Shown here: piece after piece, positions 18,992-28,803 of the stretch
How positions within the stretch are numbered: position 1 is the stretch's first letter
Layout of the letters: every line of letters begins with the position of its first letter
Assembly: GCA_965226555.1 (NCBI GenBank)
Contig: CBDDDG010000005.1
Span: 1-45,057 of the forward strand
DNA: 45,057 nt
DNA from: Salinispira sp.
GTDB lineage: Bacteria > Spirochaetota > Spirochaetia > DSM-27196 > Salinispiraceae
Reading direction: 5' to 3'
Translations under genes and position numbers: made by a program
The notes under the pieces: generated by a model
Told to the model about the DNA's origin: nothing
What the model saw: only the letters and a program-made list of their open reading frames with translations
The model's database searches: none

Positions 18992-20170
18992 ATGCAGTTG
19001 GTGACCATTAGAGATGCAGATCTTCATGCAAAAAAAGTTCTCTGCCGGGTAGACTTTAACGTACCTCTCAAAAATAACGATGTCGCAGATGATACTCGTA
19101 TCCGGGCAGCGATTCCAACTATCACGTTCATCATTGGTCAGGGGGCATCACTGATCCTCATGAGTCATCTCGGACGTCCAAAGGGAAAAAAGGTTCCTGA
19201 TCTCAGTCTTGCTCCGGTAGCAAGACGACTTTCAGAACTTCTACAGATGGAAGTATCTATGGCGCCCGATTGCATAGGCGCTGAGACCGAGGATTTAGCT
19301 TCCCATCTCACGCCAGGCAGGATACTTCTTCTTGAGAATCTCCGCTGGCATCAGGGAGAAGAGAAGAATGATCCTCATTTTGTCGATGCTCTTGCTCGGC
19401 TTGGCAATGTATTTGTTGATGATGCCTTCGGTACTGCTCATCGGGCACATGCTTCAACTGTCGGGCTGGCTCATAAAATGCCCGCCTATGCAGGGTTTCT
19501 CATTGAAAATGAAATACGATTCCTTGAACCCTTTGTTACATCCCCCGATGAACCGATGGTTGCTATTGTGGGAGGAGCGAAGGTTTCCTCAAAAATTTCA
19601 ATTCTTGAAAATATCCTGCCAAAATGCGCTGCCCTCATTATCGGAGGCGGTATGTCATACACATTTCTCAGGGCGCAGGGGCATGAAATTGGACAGTCGC
19701 TTCTTGAAGAAGAATATCTTGATACCGCACGAGAACTTATTGAAAAAGCGGACAAAGTTGGCATTGAACTTATTTTGCCGAAGGATCATGTTGTTGCTGA
19801 TACATTCAGTGAAAATGCTCCTTCCGAGATCATTGATGAAGTCGACATTCCTGCCGGCAAGATTGCTATGGACATTGGTCCCAAAACAGTTGCTCATTGC
19901 CGCGGCGTCATTGAACAGGCGCATTCCATTCTCTGGAACGGCCCCATGGGGGTATTCGAGTTCGACAGATTTTCGGCAGGTACTCGAGCAGTTGCTGAAG
20001 CCATTGCAGAATCGGAGGCAACAAGTGTTGTCGGCGGCGGCGATTCAGTAGCAGCCGTCAACAAATTCACATTGGCCGGAAAAATGAGCCATATTTCGAC
20101 CGGGGGAGGCGCAAGTCTCGAATTCCTGGAAGGCAGACAGCTGCCTGGCATCGCTGTTCTGATGAAATAA
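18992..20170 (+). CDS. pgk: Phosphoglycerate kinase
   Basis: RVDFNVP, SHLGRP, DAFGTAHRAHAS, GGAKVSSK, STGGGASLEFLEG. Confidence 0.98.
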   Translation: MQLVTIRDADLHAKKVLCRVDFNVPLKNNDVADDTRIRAAIPTITFIIGQGASLILMSHLGRPKGKKVPDLSLAPVARRLSELLQMEVSMAPDCIGAETEDLASHLTPGRILLLENLRWHQGEEKNDPHFVDALARLGNVFVDDAFGTAHRAHASTVGLAHKMPAYAGFLIENEIRFLEPFVTSPDEPMVAIVGGAKVSSKISILENILPKCAALIIGGGMSYTFLRAQGHEIGQSLLEEEYLDTARELIEKADKVGIELILPKDHVVADTFSENAPSEIIDEVDIPAGKIAMDIGPKTVAHCRGVIEQAHSILWNGPMGVFEFDRFSAGTRAVAEAIAESEATSVVGGGDSVAAVNKFTLAGKMSHISTGGGASLEFLEGRQLPGIAVLMK

Positions 20171-20188
20171 GGTCGGGGAGGAGACTAT

Positions 20189-20941
20189 ATGAGAGAGTAT
20201 TTTATTGCCGGAAACTGGAAAATGAATAAAATTCCTGGAGAGGTCGCCGATTATGTCGCCGATCTGCTGCCCCTACTGTCCACTGTGCGGCATCGGCTGC
20301 TTATTGCTCCGTCTTTTGTCGCGCTTCCCGCCGCGGCCTCAGCGCTTGCGGGATCGCCGATAATGCTCGGAGCCCAGAATATGGCTGCCGCAGAATCGGG
20401 CGCCTATACCGGAGAAATAAGTCCTGATATGCTTATGGACATTGGCGTAAAATATGTTATTCTGGGACATTCAGAGCGCAGGGCGCTTTTTGGCGAAACT
20501 GATGAATTAATAAACACAAAGGTCAGGCTGGCGCTTTCAAAAGGATTGAAAGTTATTCTCTGTGTCGGGGAAACCCTTGAAGAAAGGGAGGCAGGTCTTC
20601 TTGAGAAGGTCATAACCCGAAATGTGGCGGATGGGCTCCGAAACATCGGCGAATCCGATATATCTGCGCTGACCATCGCGTATGAACCAGTGTGGGCCAT
20701 CGGTACGGGAAAGACAGCCACCCCGCAGGATGCGGATGAGGTACACGCTCTTATCCGCCGGATACTTACTGAGATATATTCCCGGAATATTGCCGGGAAT
20801 ATGATTATTCAGTACGGAGGATCGGTGAAGCCAGCTAATGTCCGTGAGCTTATGAGCATGGAAAATATCGATGGGGCTCTGGTAGGCGGCGCGAGTCTCA
20901 ACATTGATGATTTTGCCGCAATTGCGAATTTTGATAAATAA
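20189..20941 (+). CDS. tpiA: Triosephosphate isomerase
   Basis: AGNWKMN, GHSERR, AYEPVWAIGTG, YGGSV, LVGGASL. Confidence 0.98.
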   Translation: MREYFIAGNWKMNKIPGEVADYVADLLPLLSTVRHRLLIAPSFVALPAAASALAGSPIMLGAQNMAAAESGAYTGEISPDMLMDIGVKYVILGHSERRALFGETDELINTKVRLALSKGLKVILCVGETLEEREAGLLEKVITRNVADGLRNIGESDISALTIAYEPVWAIGTGKTATPQDADEVHALIRRILTEIYSRNIAGNMIIQYGGSVKPANVRELMSMENIDGALVGGASLNIDDFAAIANFDK

Positions 20942-20955
20942 ACGGAGGCAGAAAA

Positions 20956-21291
20956 ATGGCAGTATTATCAATTTTATTACTCATAATTTTTTCTATTTCG
21001 GCGGTACTTCTTCTTATTGTTGTACTTCTTCAGAATGAATCGAGTGAGGGACTCGGAGGTATCTTTGGCGGCGGCGGAATGTCGGGGCAAATAGGCAAGA
21101 GGCAGGGCAATTTTCTTACCCGGCTGACGACCCTACTCGGAATTATTTTTCTTGTCAGCAGTCTTGGACTGGCATGGGTTAATCGTACACCTGAAATTGG
21201 CGACATTGAAGCTGCCGCTCGTCAGGCCGATCGCGATTCTGTATCGGGTGAGTGGTGGATTGTACCAGATGAAGCTGCAGAATCAGAGTGA
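20956..21291 (+). CDS. secG: Preprotein translocase subunit SecG
   Basis: Two TM helices flanking VLLQ...GLGGIFGGG; FLTRLT; follows tpiA. Confidence 0.9.
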   Translation: MAVLSILLLIIFSISAVLLLIVVLLQNESSEGLGGIFGGGGMSGQIGKRQGNFLTRLTTLLGIIFLVSSLGLAWVNRTPEIGDIEAAARQADRDSVSGEWWIVPDEAAESE

Positions 21292-21318
21292 CGGCATTGT
21301 TTATATTCCGGATATAAT

Positions 21319-21735
21319 ATGAAAATTGCGGTATTATTTTTTCCTTTGAATTCACGGAAAAAAATTCATAAAATCAGCGAGGCTCTCGCTGGGGGAATTG
21401 AAGCGCAGGGTTACCAGGTAGATCGGATCGATGGCAGCGAGGCTGTCCATGCAAGGCTCAGTACTTACCAGTACATTGTCATTGGAGCCGAATTCAGTTC
21501 ATTGTTTAGTTCAAAAATACCCGAGATAATTCCGCGCTACCTGAAAAATGCGGGACTCATCGCCGGTAAACGTTCCCTTGCCTTCATACTGCCTAAATTC
21601 TTCGGTGCGGAAAGGGCATTACGAAACATTATGGCCGTTATGGAAAGCGAGGGAATGTTTGTCAAAAATTCTGAAATTATCAGCGATGAAAGATTGGCAA
21701 TGAAAATAGGAAAAAATCTTACTATTCGATCATGA
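21319..21735 (+). CDS. Hypothetical protein, possibly flavodoxin-like fold
   Basis: MKIAVLF...ISEALAGGIEAQGYQVD...YIVIG alpha/beta pattern; stop overlaps next start. Confidence 0.55.
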   Translation: MKIAVLFFPLNSRKKIHKISEALAGGIEAQGYQVDRIDGSEAVHARLSTYQYIVIGAEFSSLFSSKIPEIIPRYLKNAGLIAGKRSLAFILPKFFGAERALRNIMAVMESEGMFVKNSEIISDERLAMKIGKNLTIRS

Positions 21736-22586
21736 AATATACCAACAATCTCCCCAACTACTACAAAATGCTCCACATACATAAAAATGCGACCCTTAGC
21801 GAAATAAAAAAAGCATTCCGGCACCGCGCCAAGGAAATTCATCCTGACCTCGGTACAAATTCTCCGAAAAGGCTTGAGGCAATGAGAGAACTTCTGCTTG
21901 CCTATGAAACACTTGTGAACACTGATCTCAGACAGGACTATGATCTTCATTACAAGCTTGTATATACTGAAAATAATTTTAATTATCGGGAATTCCTTCA
22001 ATCCCGCTATGATGACCCTGAAACAGCGGGCAAGCTCATTTTCTTTGATCTTCTTCATGAAAATGAAAAAGCAGGTCTGGATCTTTATGATACCCTCGTT
22101 AAAGAAAAGGGCTTTGATCTGAGCAAACACCTTGACCGGGAAGATTTTATGGATTGTACATTTCTCCTTGCAGAAAAATATGAAGAAGAAGGAGAACGTA
22201 CTGCGGCATTCATGCTCTTGAAAATTCTTATTACATATGAAATTGAACGTCCCTATTTTCGTCATTTTTTGCAGGAGATATTAGATAGAATGCGAAATTT
22301 ACTGAAAAAGGTAAAAACTTTGAACGCCAGCCAATATATTAATGTATTCCTGCAGTTGATCTCGCTTCCTATTCCGAAACGGGAAAAAGCACTGTACATG
22401 GAAAAAGTTTCTCACCTATATTTGCAGTATAATGATATTAATAAAGCTCAATTCTTTAATGCGGAAGCACGAAAATTGAATCCGCGGGTTCAGCGGTTGG
22501 AGTATCAGAATTCCAGCCATTCGCTCTTTAACACTATGAAACTTTTGCATTGGAAAATTGCGCAAGCGCAATTTCCTGAAGGATAA
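21732..22586 (+). CDS. DnaJ (J-domain) protein
   Basis: NYYKML...EIKKAFR...IHPD J-domain; last ~16 codons come from a palindromic element. Confidence 0.85.
   Translation: MKYTNNLPNYYKMLHIHKNATLSEIKKAFRHRAKEIHPDLGTNSPKRLEAMRELLLAYETLVNTDLRQDYDLHYKLVYTENNFNYREFLQSRYDDPETAGKLIFFDLLHENEKAGLDLYDTLVKEKGFDLSKHLDREDFMDCTFLLAEKYEEEGERTAAFMLLKILITYEIERPYFRHFLQEILDRMRNLLKKVKTLNASQYINVFLQLISLPIPKREKALYMEKVSHLYLQYNDINKAQFFNAEARKLNPRVQRLEYQNSSHSLFNTMKLLHWKIAQAQFPEG
22538..22583. repeat. Truncated palindromic element inside the J-protein 3' end
   Basis: GAAACTTTTGCATTGGAAAATTGCGCAAGCGCAATTTCC resembles the 54-bp form in reverse; flanked by TAACACTAT at 22529-22537 and 22584-22592. Confidence 0.8.
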
Positions 22587-23637
22587 CACTATAAATATCG
22601 TACAGAAAAAAATCATACCAGGAATTGCCCTCCTCATTATTACTTTTGACATTCAGGCGCAACTTCTCAGCACGACATTGGCAACTGTCCGCCTCACTGA
22701 GACCGAGATAATAACCGAGAAATTCATGAATCAGCAGTTTGACATTCTCGAAGCGCAGCTCGGCAGCGCCCTGACTTCCGGGCAGAGGGAGGAGGTCTTT
22801 CAATCGCAGATAAACAGTATTCTCATTGAGCAGGCTGCCCGACGGGCTGGCCTGCAGGTAACAGCAAGTGAGCTCGAAAATGCCATCAGCCTTCAGAAAT
22901 CAGCTTTGAATACAGCTATTTCAGATGCCGAGTATCAACGTCTTTTTGTAGAACAAACAGGGGTGAGTTGGAGTGAATACCGTTCACAAATTGAAGACAG
23001 AATTCTTCAGGAAAAGTATGTGGCCTATGCCAGAGCAGATATTCTCCAGAATACCGGAGAAATATCCGAGGCGGAGATACAAGCAACATATGAACAAAAT
23101 GCCCAGAGCTTTGTCAGTCCGACTATGAGCAGATTTTCTCATATATTCATTGATCTGAGAGAAAAATCTGCCAGTGAGAAAAATACTGCCCGCAAACAAA
23201 TAGATACCTATTTGTCCCGCATCCGCAATGGAGGCACTGCAGTCTTTGACCAGATTATTGGAGAAACTCTGGACGATGTATCGGTAAACGGAGGAGATTT
23301 CGGGTTTCTTATTAGTGGAGATGCGAATGCGCAGCAGATTCTTGGCGATGATTTTGTTCAGGAGGTTTTCGCGCTGGAAACGGGGGATATTTCCGGTGTT
23401 GTAGAATCAAACATCGGACTGCATATTCTCCAGATTACCGATAGACGAAGTCCGCGCCTTCTTGAACTTGATAATCCCCTCCTTCCAGGTCAGAGTTTGA
23501 CAGTGCGCCAGCAGATTCAGCAGTATATTCGCGCGCAGAGACAACAGGCTGCATTAGTTCAGGCATTACAGGAAATTGTTACAGAGTTACGGGACGAAGC
23601 GGACATTCGGATCGTTGAAGGCAATGTTTCCTGGTAG
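22558..23637 (+). CDS. SurA/PrsA-like parvulin-type peptidylprolyl isomerase (start uncertain)
   Basis: Signal peptide KKIIPGIALL...QAQ, SurA-N-like helices, FSHIFI, GGDFGF, ESNIGLHIL. Confidence 0.82.
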   Translation: MRKRNFLKDNTINIVQKKIIPGIALLIITFDIQAQLLSTTLATVRLTETEIITEKFMNQQFDILEAQLGSALTSGQREEVFQSQINSILIEQAARRAGLQVTASELENAISLQKSALNTAISDAEYQRLFVEQTGVSWSEYRSQIEDRILQEKYVAYARADILQNTGEISEAEIQATYEQNAQSFVSPTMSRFSHIFIDLREKSASEKNTARKQIDTYLSRIRNGGTAVFDQIIGETLDDVSVNGGDFGFLISGDANAQQILGDDFVQEVFALETGDISGVVESNIGLHILQITDRRSPRLLELDNPLLPGQSLTVRQQIQQYIRAQRQQAALVQALQEIVTELRDEADIRIVEGNVSW

Positions 23638-23645
23638 AGGGAGCT

Positions 23646-24056
23646 GTGCTGTCGCGACGGAAAAGCCGTATTCTTGTTTTTCAATCCCTTTATAGTTGGG
23701 AATTAAATAAACAAGAACGTGAAACACTGCTTTCATTTCCCTGGTATGAATACAGCGGCAGTGAACGGTCGGCGAATCTGACTTTTTCACGGTTCTTACT
23801 GAACGGAATTATGAAGAATGTTTCAAAAATTGATGAAATTATTACGCAGAAACTGGAACATTGGGATTTCGACAGGTTGGGAAAGGTGGAGTTATCAATT
23901 CTCAGACTTGGTGTTTATGAACTCCTGCACAACAGGGAAATACCGCGCCAAGTCATTATTAATGAGGCAATAGAAATTGCAAATATGTTTGCATCTCCAC
24001 AAACATTTCGCATAATTAATGGGGTTCTCGATGCTGTGGAAGAGGAAAAATGCTGA
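23646..24056 (+). CDS. nusB: Transcription antitermination factor NusB
   Basis: RRKSRILVFQSLY, WDFDRL, ILRLGVYEL, INEAIEIA, INGVLD. Confidence 0.95.
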   Translation: MLSRRKSRILVFQSLYSWELNKQERETLLSFPWYEYSGSERSANLTFSRFLLNGIMKNVSKIDEIITQKLEHWDFDRLGKVELSILRLGVYELLHNREIPRQVIINEAIEIANMFASPQTFRIINGVLDAVEEEKC

Positions 24057-25756
24057 GTCGGATCAGGGGATTCATTTCCCGGAATACAGTCTTTGTTATT
24101 ACATCCGCTTTGGTACTTTCAGGCATCATTCTGGCAATTATAATCGTAGAAATCATTACTCTCAGGCGAAGCAATAGTTTTGATCGTTATGTGAATCGCG
24201 TATCAATTCTGATTATACAGGAAGATTTTGACGCTGTATCGGAATATCTTGGGAGGGCTAGAGACATTGCGCGCTCAGTTGAGGAACATCTTGGCATTGC
24301 GAGATATGCTAGGGAGTTGTCAGAGTGGGTTCCCGACCTATATGCGCTATATGCGGAAATTATTCAGCAGGCTGCGAAGCGTTTTCCCCGTAATCAACAT
24401 GTACGCGCCGTACAGGTTAATACCCTGCTTGAACAGGGAAATATCGAATCGGCTTTTGAGTTTGCGCGGAAACTGAAAATCCCTGAATATGAATCATTGA
24501 GAGTGGAAGCATTTCTCAGAGGCGGAAGAAATATCAATTTTTCTGTATCATCAGCGCTTAACGAACACCTTCCGATCACGGCATATGAAATGGCAGATCC
24601 CCAAAAAATGATTGCAGCTGCTGTACTCACCAATGATATCCGTTTCTTTGTGAATGCAGGTGTTATGTATGCATCTCTTGGCAGACTTCGCGATGCCTTT
24701 GCAATTTTAATGGAGCGGCGCGATCTCTTTATCAATTCGGCGGATGCACTAATTCTTCTACAGTTGGCCTATGATCTCGGCGAATACGAAGCAATATCCG
24801 CTATCCTGCCGCTTATCCCTGAAACCATCGAAAATCAAAATACTGTCAATGAATTTCTGGCAGATACATATTTTTATCTGGGAAGGGTGGATGAAAGCTT
24901 TGCGGTTCATGCCCACATTGCCGAACATGCCCATTCAGCACGCAGTTATCTTAATCAGTTGAGCCTCATACGGGCTCATGAGTATGAGGCTGATACTGAG
25001 GCTCCGATTCAAAAGGCTCTCGAAAAACACAGCAAAAATCCTGCCGTACTTGCCCATGCGCTTGCTTACGAGGCAGATGCCGGGAATTTTGATAGCAGCC
25101 TTGCCTATTACCGTAGTATATATCCTTCAATTAACCTTGATTGGCTTGCGCATCTGCGGCAATATCTGTTTCAGCTTGAGGATTATCGACTCAATGACAG
25201 TATTGTTGCGCTGTGGAGCGCAATTAACAGCAAGCCCGATGATATTGCGGCGCGCGACCTATTGTTATATTTCCTCAAAATTGATGGCGATATTGATGGC
25301 TTACGAAGTATTTTACAACGGTATAATGAGGGATATGATGATCGGCTCATTTTTTTTCAGGCCATCTTATCCCTTGCTGAGGGACGGCGCGATGATGCGC
25401 GGAAGTACTTCACCTTAGTAGCTGAACGGGGTAATTTTCAGGCGAGTTTTAATCTTGGACTGTTGAATCTTGAGGATCAGAATTATTTTCAGGCCCGGGA
25501 ATGGTTTGTATTATCGGCGCGTCAGGCTCAGCTCGCAAATGGATTCACCCTGAAGCGTGACGGAGCTCTATACCGCAGCGAATTTCTCAATATCCGGTTA
25601 TATGAGGGATTAAGCCAATTGTTGCTTGGAAACAGGGAGCGGGTCCGGCGCATAGTCAGTGAACTGGAATCTGCCGACTATTACCACATTCTTCTTCCGC
25701 AATTAAAACAAAGTTTTGCAAAATGCAAAACTTTCTATAAAATAGGAGAATGCTAA
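24050..25756 (+). CDS. Membrane-anchored TPR-like protein
   Basis: N-terminal TM helix then helical TPR/SEL1-like pattern (ASFNLGLL...AREWF); tail SFAKCKTFYKIGEC read from a palindromic element. Confidence 0.72.
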   Translation: MLSRIRGFISRNTVFVITSALVLSGIILAIIIVEIITLRRSNSFDRYVNRVSILIIQEDFDAVSEYLGRARDIARSVEEHLGIARYARELSEWVPDLYALYAEIIQQAAKRFPRNQHVRAVQVNTLLEQGNIESAFEFARKLKIPEYESLRVEAFLRGGRNINFSVSSALNEHLPITAYEMADPQKMIAAAVLTNDIRFFVNAGVMYASLGRLRDAFAILMERRDLFINSADALILLQLAYDLGEYEAISAILPLIPETIENQNTVNEFLADTYFYLGRVDESFAVHAHIAEHAHSARSYLNQLSLIRAHEYEADTEAPIQKALEKHSKNPAVLAHALAYEADAGNFDSSLAYYRSIYPSINLDWLAHLRQYLFQLEDYRLNDSIVALWSAINSKPDDIAARDLLLYFLKIDGDIDGLRSILQRYNEGYDDRLIFFQAILSLAEGRRDDARKYFTLVAERGNFQASFNLGLLNLEDQNYFQAREWFVLSARQAQLANGFTLKRDGALYRSEFLNIRLYEGLSQLLLGNRERVRRIVSELESADYYHILLPQLKQSFAKCKTFYKIGEC

Positions 25757-25835
25757 GCACAAAGAAAGCATTCCAGATCGGAAACTTTTGCTACTGGAAA
25801 TTGTGCTCTGCACAATTTTCCAATGCAAAAGTTTC
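25709..25835. repeat. Composite palindromic module (27-bp element, 45-bp linker, 55-bp element)
   Basis: Homologous to 44924-45021; flanks TAAAA and TAAGA. Confidence 0.88.
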
Positions 25836-25886
25836 TAAGAGAAGTAATTGCAGTGTCAAAAGTTTCTCAGTAGGTATTTTCCATAT

Positions 25887-26636
25887 ATGATTCGGATAAA
25901 GACAAGAGAACAGATTGATGGAATACGGAAATCATGCGGTTTTCTCAAAAATCTATTTAACATTCTGGAAAGAGAAATTGTCCCAGGAATTACCACCGCT
26001 CAGCTTGATGATTGTGCCCGTAGGTATATTCACGATATCGGAGGGAAACCGGCATTCCTCGGGTATATGGGATTTCCAAATACACTCTGTACTTCGGTGA
26101 ACTCAGTGGTAATTCATGGCATTCCAGACAAAACTGTTCTGCGCGATGGTGATATTATTTCAGTGGATTGTGGAATAATTTTTCAGGGTTTTTACAGCGA
26201 CTACGCATATACCTTTCCGGTGGGTACTGTTTCTCCAGATATTAAAAAATTGCTTCGAATTACCGAAGATAGTTTATATAGAGGTATTGAAGCTGCTATA
26301 GTTGGAAATAGGATTAATGATATTTCCACATCAATATATCGGCGCATTAAACCGGAAAAATACGGAGTTGTAAGAGAATTTTCGGGGCATGGTGTTGGTC
26401 TTGAACTTCATGAATCGCCAAGCATTCCCAATTTCCCAACTTCGGGAGCAAATCCCCGAATACGTCCCGGATTCGTTCTGGCAATAGAGCCGATGATCAA
26501 TCTTGGCGGAGATGAGGTATATGTACATGCAGATGACTGGACGGTTGAAACAAGCGATGGGAGTGTTTCCGCGCATTTTGAGCATACAATTGTTATACAT
26601 AATTCTGAAACCGAAATACTTACACTCCGTAATTGA
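25887..26636 (+). CDS. map: Type I methionine aminopeptidase
   Basis: CTSVNSVVIHGIP, DIISVDCG, GHGVG...HESP, AIEPMIN, SAHFEHT. Confidence 0.96.
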   Translation: MIRIKTREQIDGIRKSCGFLKNLFNILEREIVPGITTAQLDDCARRYIHDIGGKPAFLGYMGFPNTLCTSVNSVVIHGIPDKTVLRDGDIISVDCGIIFQGFYSDYAYTFPVGTVSPDIKKLLRITEDSLYRGIEAAIVGNRINDISTSIYRRIKPEKYGVVREFSGHGVGLELHESPSIPNFPTSGANPRIRPGFVLAIEPMINLGGDEVYVHADDWTVETSDGSVSAHFEHTIVIHNSETEILTLRN

Positions 26637-26679
26637 ATATGATAGTCTCACAAAATTACATGGAAACTGAGGTGAAAAC

Positions 26680-28146
26680 ATGCACGTAATTATCAACAGA
26701 ATGCCGAAATGTTCATTTATCGGCATTTGTATTCTACTTATCTTCATTCTTACCGGATGTTATTCAACTTCTTCTGTCAGCGGTGAAACGTCAGCACGTG
26801 TTGTTTCTCCGGCAGTGCTGGATCTTGAGGCAATGCAGAGTTCCTTCCGTTCTGTTGTGCAGTCGACTCTGCCGGCCGTTGTGAGAATTGATGTTGTGGA
26901 AATACAGACCTTCTCTAATAATGAGCGGAGAGAATTCGGTCCATTTTTCGATTTTTTCTTTAATCCGAACAATCCGAATCAAAATCCCGATCAGGAATTT
27001 AGAAATGAGGGGCTTGGCTCCGGAATCATTGTACGGAGAAATAATGATACCTATTATATTCTCACCAACGCCCATGTTATCGGAGAAGCCGAGGAAATCA
27101 ACATCCGTCTTGACGATGGACGGAACTTCATTGCGAGTCTTATTGGAAAGGATTCGTTGAGAGACCTTGCTCTAGTTGAGTTCACAAGTAGCGACGCGGA
27201 TATTGTTCTGGCAGCTCTTGGAGATTCTGATGAACTGCAGGTTGGCGACTGGGTGCTTGCAATTGGCAGTCCTTTGGGATTTCAGTCGACAGTAACTGCG
27301 GGAATTGTTTCAGCTCTTGGACGCACCGGCGGACCGGAGGGAAATGTCAGCGATTTTATTCAAACCGATGCCGCAATTAATAGAGGGAATTCCGGCGGCG
27401 CCCTTGTTAATATTTATGGTGAGGTCGTAGGAATAAACACTTGGATCAGTACGGGCGCGGGGGGAAACATCGGACTCGGCTTTGCAGTTCCAATAAACAA
27501 TGCAAAAAAAGTAATTGATGATTTTATCACTCGGGGGGCAGCGCAATATGGCTGGTTGGGTGTTAGTATTTCCTCGGCAAATGAAGACATAGCAGAGAGT
27601 TTAAACATTCCCACCGTGAAGGGCGCCCTGATAAATTCCATATATCAGAATTCTCCTGCAGGACGTTCCCAGTTACGTCCCGGAGATTTTATTGTGGGAA
27701 TTAATGGTGTTGGTGTAAATAGTTCTGATGAGCTCATACTCAAGGTTGGCGATTTAGTTGCCGGTGAAACAGCTGTTTTTGATATTTTGCGTAATGGGAA
27801 AAAAGAATCCTTCGATATTAAAATAACCCTGCGGGAAGCTGAGGATGTCATTGCCGGACAATCCGGCGATATTTTCCCGGGTTTTTCAGTGTATCCGCTT
27901 ACCGAAGAGGTGCGGGGCAGCATTGAAAATGCGGATGATATTGAAGGCGTCCTTGTGAATCAAATCATTCCCCGAAGTCCATTCGCAATTGCTGGTATTG
28001 CTGTCGGCGATATAATTACGGAGGTTAACGGCAGAAAAGTGAAATTTTTAACAGATTTTTTTGAGTTTCTTGCCGATAATGCTAATGTAACGAACATCTC
28101 CTATAATCGGGAAGGAACCCAGATTGATGTGACTATTCGAAAGTAG
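26680..28146 (+). CDS. degP: Do/DegP-family serine protease with two PDZ domains
   Basis: LTNAHVI, QTDAAINRGNSGG, GLGFAVP, GWLGV; probable lipobox LTGC. Confidence 0.92.
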   Translation: MHVIINRMPKCSFIGICILLIFILTGCYSTSSVSGETSARVVSPAVLDLEAMQSSFRSVVQSTLPAVVRIDVVEIQTFSNNERREFGPFFDFFFNPNNPNQNPDQEFRNEGLGSGIIVRRNNDTYYILTNAHVIGEAEEINIRLDDGRNFIASLIGKDSLRDLALVEFTSSDADIVLAALGDSDELQVGDWVLAIGSPLGFQSTVTAGIVSALGRTGGPEGNVSDFIQTDAAINRGNSGGALVNIYGEVVGINTWISTGAGGNIGLGFAVPINNAKKVIDDFITRGAAQYGWLGVSISSANEDIAESLNIPTVKGALINSIYQNSPAGRSQLRPGDFIVGINGVGVNSSDELILKVGDLVAGETAVFDILRNGKKESFDIKITLREAEDVIAGQSGDIFPGFSVYPLTEEVRGSIENADDIEGVLVNQIIPRSPFAIAGIAVGDIITEVNGRKVKFLTDFFEFLADNANVTNISYNREGTQIDVTIRK

Positions 28147-28194
28147 GGCAGTTACCCATGTATTCTGGTAGTTGCTGATAATACCGAGGTTATT

Positions 28195-28803
28195 TTGAAG
28201 GAATTTCTTACTCCTGAACAAAATCGAAACAATGCCATTAAGTTGGCGCATGCCATATATCAGGATGGATTCATCCCCGATGTCATTTATGTGAGCCTGC
28301 GCGGCGGTTCGTATATTGGAAACGTGATCAGTGAATATTTCAAGCTTGTACGACGGGGGCAGCGTCCGGTATTTTATGCGGCAGTTGTTGCCCACTCCTA
28401 TAATGATCTTTATTCACGAAACAATGTGCGAATTGATGGGTGGACCTATGATCCTGAGTATCTGCGAAATGGCGACAAAGTTTTGCTCGTTGATGATATT
28501 TTTGATTCGGGAAAAACACTTAATCACCTATTATCAATTATTGAATCGAAGGGAGTACCCCGCGAAGATATCAAAATTGCCGTTCATGATTATAAAATTC
28601 GAACTTTTACTGCAGATCAGGTGAAAGCGCAGCCCGATTATTATTATAAGAAAATTGTTATTACCAAACCTGAGGATGATCATTGGATTCATTACATGAC
28701 TCATGAATTAGTCGGGCTCACGGAAAAAGAAATTGATAATTATTATTCAGCCGATCCCGAAGTTCAGGAAATTTTGAAGCACATTATTGCCAGAGATCAT
28801 TAA
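28195..28803 (+). CDS. Type I phosphoribosyltransferase-family protein
   Basis: VSLRGG and VLLVDDIFDSGKT PRPP-binding loop. Confidence 0.85.
   Translation: MKEFLTPEQNRNNAIKLAHAIYQDGFIPDVIYVSLRGGSYIGNVISEYFKLVRRGQRPVFYAAVVAHSYNDLYSRNNVRIDGWTYDPEYLRNGDKVLLVDDIFDSGKTLNHLLSIIESKGVPREDIKIAVHDYKIRTFTADQVKAQPDYYYKKIVITKPEDDHWIHYMTHELVGLTEKEIDNYYSADPEVQEILKHIIARDH

Noticed and set aside
19332..20051. Long alternative-frame and antisense ORFs (also 1878-2534, 15148-16032, 21537-22265, 39544-40182)
   Set aside because: Shadow ORFs overlapping well-supported genes, no recognisable motifs
25750..25890. 46-codon ORF across the composite repeat ending on the map start
   Set aside because: AGGAG is only 1 nt from the ATG and the ORF is mostly repeat sequence; probably chance
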